This document shows, piece after piece, positions 7,119 to 14,249 of a stretch of DNA of 17,689 nucleotides. Made by a program: the position numbers and the translations under genes. The stretch is taken from the NCBI GenBank assembly GCA_964480775.1, contig CAYZRF010000030.1, positions 1-17,689 on the forward strand, written 5' to 3'. The notes under the pieces are model-generated. The model was not told where the DNA came from and searched no databases. It saw only the letters and a program-made list of their open reading frames with translations. Position 1 is the first letter of the stretch, and each line of letters opens with the position of its first letter. The stretch comes from an uncultured Nitrososphaerota archaeon (GTDB lineage: Archaea; Korarchaeota; Korarchaeia; Korarchaeales; Korarchaeaceae).

Positions 7119-7963
7119 AATTGTTGGAAGAAGCTTATGAGTTGTCGCATCCAATAGACAAGTGGCTTAAGACCGATAGAATGCCCCACATATGGTGTCC
7201 TGGATGTGGTGTGGGTCCCACAATTCATGCTTGGATAAGAGCCCTTGAGAGAGTGGGAATTGAGAAAGAAAAGGTCGTTTATGTTTCTGGTATAGGCTGC
7301 TGCGGGAGAGGCTCAGGCTATCTTGATATAGATGGTTTTCATACCACTCACGGAAGAGCCATTCCATTTGCAGTTGGGCTAAAGCTTGCAAAGCCAGAGC
7401 TTTGCGTCACGGTAATATCGGGTGACGGAGATCTTTTTGCTATAGGAGGAAATCACTTCATACACGCCTGCAGGAGAAACAATGACCTGCTGGTTATTTG
7501 CGTTAACAATTTCATCTACGGAATGACAGGAGGGCAGCTTGCTCCTACCACCCCTCACGGTGGTTATTCAACCACAAGTCCGTATGGTAACATTGAGCAT
7601 CCGTTTAACACACCACATCTTGCTGATGCGGCTGGGGCTGTCTTTGTGGCCAGGTGGACAAGCGTTCATGTTAGGGAGCTAGAGCTGTCTATAGCTGAGG
7701 CTCTTAGAATGAAGGGATTCAAGTATATAGAGGTTCTATCACCTTGCCCTGTGAATTTTGGTAGGAGGAACAACTTCCCCCAGCCTGATGATATGGCTAA
7801 GTGGTTTGCTCAATCTTCAATCATCAGACATGGGGCTGACACAAGCAAGGTAGCTATCAGCATGGGTAAACCTTTGATTTTAGGCAATTTTGTAAAGAGA
7901 GAGGAGAAACCCACCTATTATGAGCTCCTTAGGAAATTAGAGGAGATGAGGCGGGGGAGATGA
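7115..7963 (+). CDS. korB: 2-oxoacid:ferredoxin oxidoreductase, beta subunit (TPP and [4Fe-4S] binding)
   Basis: HIWCPGCG, GIGCCGR and SPCP supply the cluster cysteines. GDGDLFAIGGNHFIHACRRNNDLLVICVNN is the GDG..NN thiamine-PP motif. GTG 7115 overlaps the korA stop (GTGA). In-frame TTG 7121/7124 are better spaced from GGAGG 7111-7115. Confidence 0.9.
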   Translation: MKLLEEAYELSHPIDKWLKTDRMPHIWCPGCGVGPTIHAWIRALERVGIEKEKVVYVSGIGCCGRGSGYLDIDGFHTTHGRAIPFAVGLKLAKPELCVTVISGDGDLFAIGGNHFIHACRRNNDLLVICVNNFIYGMTGGQLAPTTPHGGYSTTSPYGNIEHPFNTPHLADAAGAVFVARWTSVHVRELELSIAEALRMKGFKYIEVLSPCPVNFGRRNNFPQPDDMAKWFAQSSIIRHGADTSKVAISMGKPLILGNFVKREEKPTYYELLRKLEEMRRGR

Positions 7964-8529
7964 GTCGCAGAGGCAGAAGAGAGGTTATGTTCGCTGGCTT
8001 TGGTGGTCAAGGAATAATAACAGCTGGTTATATAGTTGGTAGGGCTGCCGCCGTTTATGATAACAAAGAAGCTACTTTGACACAATCTTATGGGCCAGAA
8101 GCCAGGGGATCGACGTGTTATAGTGGTGTGGTGATAGACGAGGAGGAGATAGATTATCCATACCTTCTAAATCCAGAGGTCATAGTGTTGATGAGCAAGG
8201 ACGCTTATGAGAAGTTTCTGCCAAGGCTTAGAGAGGGAGGAATTTTGATAGTAGATAGCTCGATTGTCAAACCGGATGAAAGAGCCAGTAATTACATCGT
8301 TTACGAGGTTCCGGCTACAGAAGAGGCCGAGGAAATGGGAGCGAGAATTGTAGCAAACGTCATCATGCTCGGCTTTCTTGGAAAGGTATGGGATGCAGTA
8401 AGCGTCGACGCTCTAAGAGAGTCTGTTAAGTCTACTGTTCCAAGAAAGTACCTCGATCTTAATCTCAGAGCTTTTGAGAGGGGAGTTGAGCTTGGAGAGA
8501 AAGCCCTGAAGAAAAGAGAAGAGGGGTGA
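7960..8529 (+). CDS. korG: 2-oxoacid:ferredoxin oxidoreductase, gamma subunit
   Basis: FAGFGGQGIITAG and QSYGPEARGS are the hallmark OFOR gamma motifs. ATGA overlap with the korB stop. Confidence 0.9.
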   Translation: MSRRGRREVMFAGFGGQGIITAGYIVGRAAAVYDNKEATLTQSYGPEARGSTCYSGVVIDEEEIDYPYLLNPEVIVLMSKDAYEKFLPRLREGGILIVDSSIVKPDERASNYIVYEVPATEEAEEMGARIVANVIMLGFLGKVWDAVSVDALRESVKSTVPRKYLDLNLRAFERGVELGEKALKKREEG

Positions 8530-8536
8530 TCAAGAA

Positions 8537-10543
8537 ATGGAGAGCGTAACATCGGCGTCCTATTCAGATTCTAGCGGAGAGAGATATAAGAAGGAAAGGA
8601 TAGGCGTGTTTGTGTGCCACTGTGGTAGAAATATCGCAGCAACCGTTGACGTTAAGAAAGTTGTTGAGGAGATTTCAAAGCATCCAGCAGTGGTACACGC
8701 AGAGGACTACGATTATATGTGCAGCAAGCCAGGTCAAGAGCTAATAGAAAAGGCCATTAAAGAAAAGGGATTAACTGGGGTTGTGGTTGCTGCTTGCTCT
8801 CCATCGATTCACGAAACAACCTTCAGAGAGACGGTAGAACACGCTGGTCTAAACCCTTACAGATGTGAGATGGCAAATATAAGGGAACAATGTAGCTGGG
8901 TTCATGAAGATATGGATATGGCAACAGAAAAGGCTATAAGACTAATCAAAAGCGTCATCGAAAAGGTTGTCAGGAACGAGGAGCTTGAACCTGTCAAGGT
9001 TGGCCTGCACAAGAAGGCTTTAGTTATTGGAGGAGGAATTGCTGGAATTAGGGCAGCTCTGGATATTGCAAACGCTGGTTTTCAAGTCATTTTAGTCGAG
9101 AAAAAACCGACCATTGGAGGACACATGTCTCAGTTGGCAGAGACTTTCCCAACTCTTGACTGCGCCCAGTGCATCCTAACCCCGCTAATGAGCGAGGTTG
9201 CCAATCATCCAAACATTAAGCTGTTAACCCTTTCAGAAGTTATTGATGTTGAGGGATATGTGGGGAACTTCCACGTTCGCATAAAGAAGAATCCAAGGTA
9301 TGTGGATCCAGATAAGTGTAACCTTTGTGATAATTGCACAGAGGTCTGTCCTGTAGTTGTTCCCTCTGAGTTTGACGAGGGATTAAGCCTTAGAAAGGCC
9401 ATTTATATACCGTTTCCACAAGCCGTGCCATCCTCCTACGTTATCGATCCAGATGCTTGTCTTGGTATGAATCCCATAATTTGTGGTAAATGCGCAGAAC
9501 CTGATGTTTGTGGTCCTGGCGCAATTAATTTCTATGATCAGCCCGAAATAATAGAGGAAGATGTCGGGGTCATAATTGTAGCAACCGGTTACGAGCTTTA
9601 TAACCCCGAAAAAATCAGCGAGTACGGAGCTGATAAGTATCCGGATATAATAACCTCCCTTCAGTTTGAACGCCTGCTTTCTCCAAATGGTCCCACGGGA
9701 GGAATACCGAAGAGGCCTAGTGACGAGAAGATCCCGAAGAGAATAGCCTTCATTCACTGCGCTGGTTCCAGAGACGAGAAGCATCGACCTTACTGCAGTC
9801 ACATTTGTTGTACTTACTGTTCGAAACATGGCTTACTGTTCAAAGAGCTTGTGCCTGATGCCGAAGTTTATTCTTTTTACATAGACATCAGGGCCGTAGG
9901 AAAGAACTATGAGGATTTCGTTAAAAGAGCCCAAGAGGAAGCTGGTATTCAATTTATCAGGGGAAAGGTCTCCAAAATTTACGAGGAAGACGGAAAAGTG
10001 AAGATATTTGCCGTTGATACCTTGTTGAACAGAAGGATAGAGGTTGAGGTCGACATGGCTGTCTTGGCCTTGCCAATAGTGCCAGCTCAGGGAATTGCTG
10101 ATTTGGCAAGCAAGATGCGAATTCAGATTGATAACTACGGCTTCCTTCAGGAACGTCACCCGAAGCTACATCCGGTAGAATCTGCAACACCTGGTATCTT
10201 TTTGGCTGGTGCCGCACAATCTCCAAAGGACATACAAGACACAGTGGCTCAAGCTAGCGCTGCTGCAAGTAAAGCATTAGAGATCCTTACACAGGATGAA
10301 ATAAGCCATACACCAACGGTCGCCAGTGTGGACAGAGACCTTTGCAGTGGATGTCGTCTTTGCCTTTCCGTATGCCCATACGGAGCCATAAAGATAGTAG
10401 ACGGTAAGGCTGAAGTCAATGAGATAATTTGTGAGGGATGTGGAGCATGCGTTTCTACGTGTGCTTCTGGCGCAATAAGCCTTAGGAACTTTACAGATGA
10501 ACAGATTGATGCCATGATCGAGGCAGTTGTGGGAGGGATCTAA
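8537..10543 (+). CDS. hdrA: heterodisulfide reductase subunit A (FAD, multi-[4Fe-4S]; electron-bifurcating flavoprotein family)
   Basis: The N-terminus is an MvhD-like Cys domain (GVFVCHCGRNIA ... ACSPS ... REQCSWVH). The FAD dinucleotide fold is VIGGGIAGIRAALDIANAGFQVILVEK. The inserted ferredoxin motif is CNLCDNCTEVCP. The HdrA signature is FIHCAGSRDEKHRPYCSHICC. The C-terminal 2x[4Fe-4S] motifs are CSGCRLCLSVCP and CEGCGACVSTC. A GGGGTGATC ribosome-binding site lies inside the korG 3' end. Confidence 0.92.
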   Translation: MESVTSASYSDSSGERYKKERIGVFVCHCGRNIAATVDVKKVVEEISKHPAVVHAEDYDYMCSKPGQELIEKAIKEKGLTGVVVAACSPSIHETTFRETVEHAGLNPYRCEMANIREQCSWVHEDMDMATEKAIRLIKSVIEKVVRNEELEPVKVGLHKKALVIGGGIAGIRAALDIANAGFQVILVEKKPTIGGHMSQLAETFPTLDCAQCILTPLMSEVANHPNIKLLTLSEVIDVEGYVGNFHVRIKKNPRYVDPDKCNLCDNCTEVCPVVVPSEFDEGLSLRKAIYIPFPQAVPSSYVIDPDACLGMNPIICGKCAEPDVCGPGAINFYDQPEIIEEDVGVIIVATGYELYNPEKISEYGADKYPDIITSLQFERLLSPNGPTGGIPKRPSDEKIPKRIAFIHCAGSRDEKHRPYCSHICCTYCSKHGLLFKELVPDAEVYSFYIDIRAVGKNYEDFVKRAQEEAGIQFIRGKVSKIYEEDGKVKIFAVDTLLNRRIEVEVDMAVLALPIVPAQGIADLASKMRIQIDNYGFLQERHPKLHPVESATPGIFLAGAAQSPKDIQDTVAQASAAASKALEILTQDEISHTPTVASVDRDLCSGCRLCLSVCPYGAIKIVDGKAEVNEIICEGCGACVSTCASGAISLRNFTDEQIDAMIEAVVGGI

Positions 10544-10544
10544 G

Positions 10545-10958
10545 ATGAGCGAAGAGTTTGAGCCCAAGATCATTGCGTTTCTCTGTAGATGGTGTGGTTA
10601 TGCTGGAGCAGACATGGCTGGGACTTCCCGATTAAAGTATCCTCCCACGATTACGCCAATCCGAGTTCCATGCACCGGAAGAATTGATATGGAACACGTC
10701 TTAAGGGCCTTAAAGATATCTGATGGTGTCTTAATTGCAGGGTGCCATACTCCAGGAGACTGTCACTACGTCCGAGGGAACTTCCAATGCTTTAAGCGTG
10801 TTACCCTCCTAAAGAAGTTCCTAAAACAAATGGGGATAAACCCAGCACGTGTCAGATTAGAATGGATTTCAGCAACAGAGGGAAGGAAATTCGCCAGGGT
10901 GATAAAGGAGTTTACTGAAGAATTGAAGGAATTAGGTCCGTTGAGGGGAGTGGAATGA
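10545..10958 (+). CDS. mvhD: methyl-viologen-reducing hydrogenase delta subunit (MvhD/FlpD family, [2Fe-2S])
   Basis: IIAFLCRWCGYAGAD, RVPCTGR and AGCHTPGDCHY are the conserved MvhD cysteine blocks. ATG 10545 is 1 nt after the hdrA stop, with GGGAGGG 8 nt upstream. The track start GTG 10527 is unlikely. Confidence 0.9.
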   Translation: MSEEFEPKIIAFLCRWCGYAGADMAGTSRLKYPPTITPIRVPCTGRIDMEHVLRALKISDGVLIAGCHTPGDCHYVRGNFQCFKRVTLLKKFLKQMGINPARVRLEWISATEGRKFARVIKEFTEELKELGPLRGVE

Positions 10959-11941
10959 GAAAGATAAAGCTGGCTGTAGATTACGGCTCGATATGTGGCG
11001 GCTGTGATGTCGCATTTATTGATGCTGGTGAAAAGTTAATAGAACTGGCTAATGCTGCCGAAATAGTCTTTTGGCCAGCTGTTGTGGATGGCAAAGAAGA
11101 GGACCTAAGGAAAACTAGAGAAATAGATGTGGGCATATTCTTTGGTGCAATTCGTACTGAAAGACATAAAGAGGCTCTTGAACAGCTAAGGGATAAATCC
11201 CGTATATTGGTAGCATTTGGAACTTGTGCATGTTATGGTGGAATTCCAGGTCTTGCAAATTCAGTTGAAAGCCGAGTTCTGCTTAAAAAAGGATATGTGA
11301 CTACAAAGAGCACGGACAATCCTGATGGCAAGCTGCCAGGATTTGAAGAATTTAAAGAGGCTGCTTTAAAACTTCCAAGACTTAGATCTTTAGTTTCACC
11401 CATTTGCGACTTTGTGGACGTGGATATTTGGGTGCCAGGTTGCCCCCCACCAGTTGAATCTGTGAACAAGCTGATAGATGTAGTTAAAGACTTACAAAAA
11501 GGCAGTGTTCCTCCAAAAGGACTTTTTATCGCAGAAGGAACGAGTTTATGTGATTTCTGTGAGCGTGAAAAGCCAGAGGTGCTACATATAAAGAGATTTA
11601 GGAGGGTTCACGAGGGCGAGATCAGAAGGGATGAATGTTTCTTAAAACAAGGAATTATTTGCCTGGGGCCTGTAACGAGGGGGGGCTGCGGGGCAAGGTG
11701 CATTGATTCGAATATGCCATGTAGAGGGTGTTTCGGACCTGTTCCAAACATTGAAGATCAAGGGACTAGGTTCCTAAGTGCAGTTGCTTCAGCACTCATG
11801 GCTGAAGAGGAGCGAGAGGTGGGGGAGGAGGAGTTAAGAAAACTGTTAGATGAATTACCGGACCCGCTAGGGCTCTTTTACATGTATTCCCTTGCTGCAG
11901 CCATAATAAACAGGAGGTACTTGGATTTGGAGGGAGATTAA
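10955..11941 (+). CDS. mvhG: [NiFe] hydrogenase small subunit, F420-non-reducing (Mvh, group 3c-like)
   Basis: Proximal-cluster cysteines are present (SICGGCD, FGTCACYGG, VPGCPP), as are distal Cys clusters (CDFC, CLGPVTRGGCGARC, PCRGC). No Tat signal, so it is cytoplasmic. ATGA overlap with mvhD. Confidence 0.9.
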   Translation: MRKIKLAVDYGSICGGCDVAFIDAGEKLIELANAAEIVFWPAVVDGKEEDLRKTREIDVGIFFGAIRTERHKEALEQLRDKSRILVAFGTCACYGGIPGLANSVESRVLLKKGYVTTKSTDNPDGKLPGFEEFKEAALKLPRLRSLVSPICDFVDVDIWVPGCPPPVESVNKLIDVVKDLQKGSVPPKGLFIAEGTSLCDFCEREKPEVLHIKRFRRVHEGEIRRDECFLKQGIICLGPVTRGGCGARCIDSNMPCRGCFGPVPNIEDQGTRFLSAVASALMAEEEREVGEEELRKLLDELPDPLGLFYMYSLAAAIINRRYLDLEGD

Positions 11942-11943
11942 GG

Positions 11944-13413
11944 ATGGGTGAGAAAGAGAGAAAGATCATAACGATTGAGCCGGTTACTAGGCTTGAGGGA
12001 GAGGCTAAGATCAATATAATATTGGATGAAGAGGGAAATGTTAAGGAAGCTTACTTCCAAGTGATGGACTACAGGGCCTTTGAAGTCCTCTCGGTTGGAA
12101 GACAGGCAGAAGAAATGCCGAGAATAGCAAATCGTATTTGCGGGGTTTGCTCCTGGGCTCACCACATGGCAGCTGTAAAGGCCTTAGACCAACTTTTTGG
12201 AAGAGATCCTCCTCCAACTGCAAAGAAGTTGAGGGAGCTTTCATACTGTGCCCACACCATCCACAGTCATATAATTCATTTCTTCCTCTTCGCGTCTCCA
12301 GATCTCTTCCTCTCGCCAGATGCAGAACCATCAGTAAGAAACTTCATTGGTCTTCTTCAGAAGCATCCTGAGCTCACTAAAAGGGCTCTCAAGTGGCATA
12401 CAGAATCAGAGAGGGTACAGGAGATCATTGGAGGGAAGGCGGTTCACCCTCCGTTTGCAATTCCAGGAGGAGTGAGTAAACCCTTAACTGAAGAGGAAAG
12501 GGTAAAGGTCATAGAAAAGGCAAAGGGATTGCTGGACTTCTCCCTAGACTCCCTTTCCTTCTTCAAGAAGAACATTGTTGAAAACGAAAAGTATAGGGAC
12601 CTGTTTTTTGGCGATCTTTATCGTCTGGAGACCTATTACATGGGATTAGTGGATTCAAATAACCAGATCAACTTCTATGATGGAAAAATAAAGGTCATAA
12701 ACCCTGAAGGTCATGAAACCTTCAAATTTGATTGCTCTGACTATCTTGATTATATAGCAGAGAGAGTTGAGCCTTGGACTTATACCAAATTTCCATATTT
12801 GAAGAAGATCGGGTGGAAAGGACTTGTAGATGGAAAAGGAAGTGGAGTCTATAGAGTAAATTCACTCCCACGCTTAAATGTATCCGAAGGTATGCCAACA
12901 CCTAAGGCACAAGAGGCTTACGAGGATTACATGGATGCCTTGGGCAGGCCAGCTCACGCTACTCTAGCCTTTCATTGGGCGAGATTGATAGAGATGATCT
13001 ATTGTTCTGAAAGAATGCTTGAGCTTTTGGAAGATCCAGAAATCACCAGCAAAGAGGTCATGAATTACACGGGTGATTACAAGGGAGAAGGGATAGGAGT
13101 AGTAGAAGCTCCCCGCGGTACGCTAATCCACCACTACGAAGCTGATGAGAATGGAATAATCAAGAATAGCAACTTAATAGTGCCAACTACAATGAACAAT
13201 GCTGCTATATGCATGGAGATTAGGAACTCGGCTAGGAAACTTATTAGAGGAGGAAATGTGCCAGAAGGAGTCTTAAATCGAGTAGAGATGGCTTTCAGAG
13301 CATACGACCCATGTTTATCTTGTTCTACCCATTCTTTGCCGGGAGAAATGCCTCTTGAGGTCGTAATAATGAATGAAGAAGGAAAGGTGCTGAGGAGGCT
13401 GAGGAGAAGTTGA
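11944..13413 (+). CDS. mvhA: [NiFe] hydrogenase large subunit, F420-non-reducing (Mvh, group 3c-like)
   Basis: The N-terminal NiFe ligand motif is RICGVCSWAH and the C-terminal motif is DPCLSCSTH. The latter is followed by a 25-aa tail (SLPGEMPLEVVIMNEEGKVLRRLRRS), which fits endopeptidase processing. Confidence 0.92.
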   Translation: MGEKERKIITIEPVTRLEGEAKINIILDEEGNVKEAYFQVMDYRAFEVLSVGRQAEEMPRIANRICGVCSWAHHMAAVKALDQLFGRDPPPTAKKLRELSYCAHTIHSHIIHFFLFASPDLFLSPDAEPSVRNFIGLLQKHPELTKRALKWHTESERVQEIIGGKAVHPPFAIPGGVSKPLTEEERVKVIEKAKGLLDFSLDSLSFFKKNIVENEKYRDLFFGDLYRLETYYMGLVDSNNQINFYDGKIKVINPEGHETFKFDCSDYLDYIAERVEPWTYTKFPYLKKIGWKGLVDGKGSGVYRVNSLPRLNVSEGMPTPKAQEAYEDYMDALGRPAHATLAFHWARLIEMIYCSERMLELLEDPEITSKEVMNYTGDYKGEGIGVVEAPRGTLIHHYEADENGIIKNSNLIVPTTMNNAAICMEIRNSARKLIRGGNVPEGVLNRVEMAFRAYDPCLSCSTHSLPGEMPLEVVIMNEEGKVLRRLRRS

Positions 13414-13880
13414 ATTCTACCCTCATATTGGGATGGGGTAATCCTTTATTTGGCGATGACGGCTTTGGAGTTAAAGTAGTTGAAAAACTGACGAAAATGA
13501 AGCTTCCAAAGGACATAAGGGTCGAATCCTGTTCTTCTTCCCCTCTCTCAGTTGCGAGAAAGATGCTCAATTATAGGAAAGTTATAATAATTGACACACT
13601 TCAGATCCCGCACGCAAAAGAGGGAAGTGTATTAAAACTTAGCCTGAAGGAGCTTTGTGACTCGCCAAACCTAATTAATCCACACAGCCTGAGTCTTCCG
13701 GCTGTCTTGGAAATTTATAGAACTTTGTACCCAGATCAGGTTCCTGAGGAGGTACTCGTCGTAGGTGTGTGTGTTGGACCTCCCAAAGTCAGCGAGAGGC
13801 TATCAGAAAAGGTTGAGGCAAAAATCGACGAGGTTGTTGAGCTAGTTGTAAGAGAGGTAGGAGGTAAGGGAAATGAATGA
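13410..13880 (+). CDS. hydrogenase maturation endopeptidase (HycI/HybD/FrhD family)
   Basis: ILGWGNPLFGDDGFGVKVVEKL is the family N-terminal signature. IIIDT and NPHSLSL supply the downstream Asp and His. TTG start in a TTGA overlap with the mvhA stop. Confidence 0.8.
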   Translation: MNSTLILGWGNPLFGDDGFGVKVVEKLTKMKLPKDIRVESCSSSPLSVARKMLNYRKVIIIDTLQIPHAKEGSVLKLSLKELCDSPNLINPHSLSLPAVLEIYRTLYPDQVPEEVLVVGVCVGPPKVSERLSEKVEAKIDEVVELVVREVGGKGNE

Positions 13881-14244
13881 GCTAGCAAAGAAAGTAATGG
13901 AGATTAGCGGACAAAATGTCTATGCTTGCTATCAGTGTGGTTGTTGTAGTGCTGGATGTATGTTTACTGAAAAAATGGATATCTTGCCGAACCAGGCAAT
14001 TGCACTCGTTCAAAGGGGAGACAAGTGCGTCCTTGAGAAAGAGACGCCTTGGATATGCGCATCTTGCTTTGTCTGCACTGTCAGGTGCCCGAGAGGATTG
14101 GATGTAGCGGCAATTATGGAAGCCTTAAGAGAGATCAAAATCAGAGAAAGGAACTTCACAAGAGTTGACTTAAGAAAGATCGAGAACATGGAGAAATTAC
14201 CACAAATAGCAATAACAGCTGTAGCTCAGAAGTTTACGTGGTGA
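13873..14244 (+). CDS. hdrC: heterodisulfide reductase subunit C (2x[4Fe-4S])
   Basis: CYQCGCCSAGC and CASCFVCTVRCPRG. About 123 aa. GGAGGT lies 7 nt upstream. 8-nt overlap with the protease gene. Confidence 0.88.
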   Translation: MNELAKKVMEISGQNVYACYQCGCCSAGCMFTEKMDILPNQAIALVQRGDKCVLEKETPWICASCFVCTVRCPRGLDVAAIMEALREIKIRERNFTRVDLRKIENMEKLPQIAITAVAQKFTW

Positions 14245-14249
14245 TAGAG

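Noticed and set aside
9317-9511. The second cluster motif of the HdrA inserted ferredoxin domain has non-canonical spacing. Cys308-x7-Cys316-x2-Cys319-x5-Cys325 follows a canonical Cys261-x2-C-x2-C-x3-CP motif.
   Set aside because: Four cysteines are still available. I cannot tell without a family alignment whether this spacing is simply the HdrA norm, so I do not claim it as unusual.
5667-10573. Multiple antisense or alternate-frame ORFs inside the kor/hdrA genes (5667..6098, 5794..6018, 6286..6525, 6396..6716, 6723..6953, 7167..7391, 8301..8552, 9205..9402, 9383..9829, 9833..10159, 9957..10226, 10249..10515, 10277..10573)
   Set aside because: All lie within strongly supported motif-bearing CDSs on the + strand. 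Their translations are Ser/Leu/Arg-rich without motifs, which is typical of shadow ORFs.
8537-13413. Selenocysteine (in-frame TGA) in hdrA or mvhA, as occurs in some Methanococcales
   Set aside because: Both reading frames are uninterrupted with Cys at the relevant motifs. No in-frame TGA is needed.
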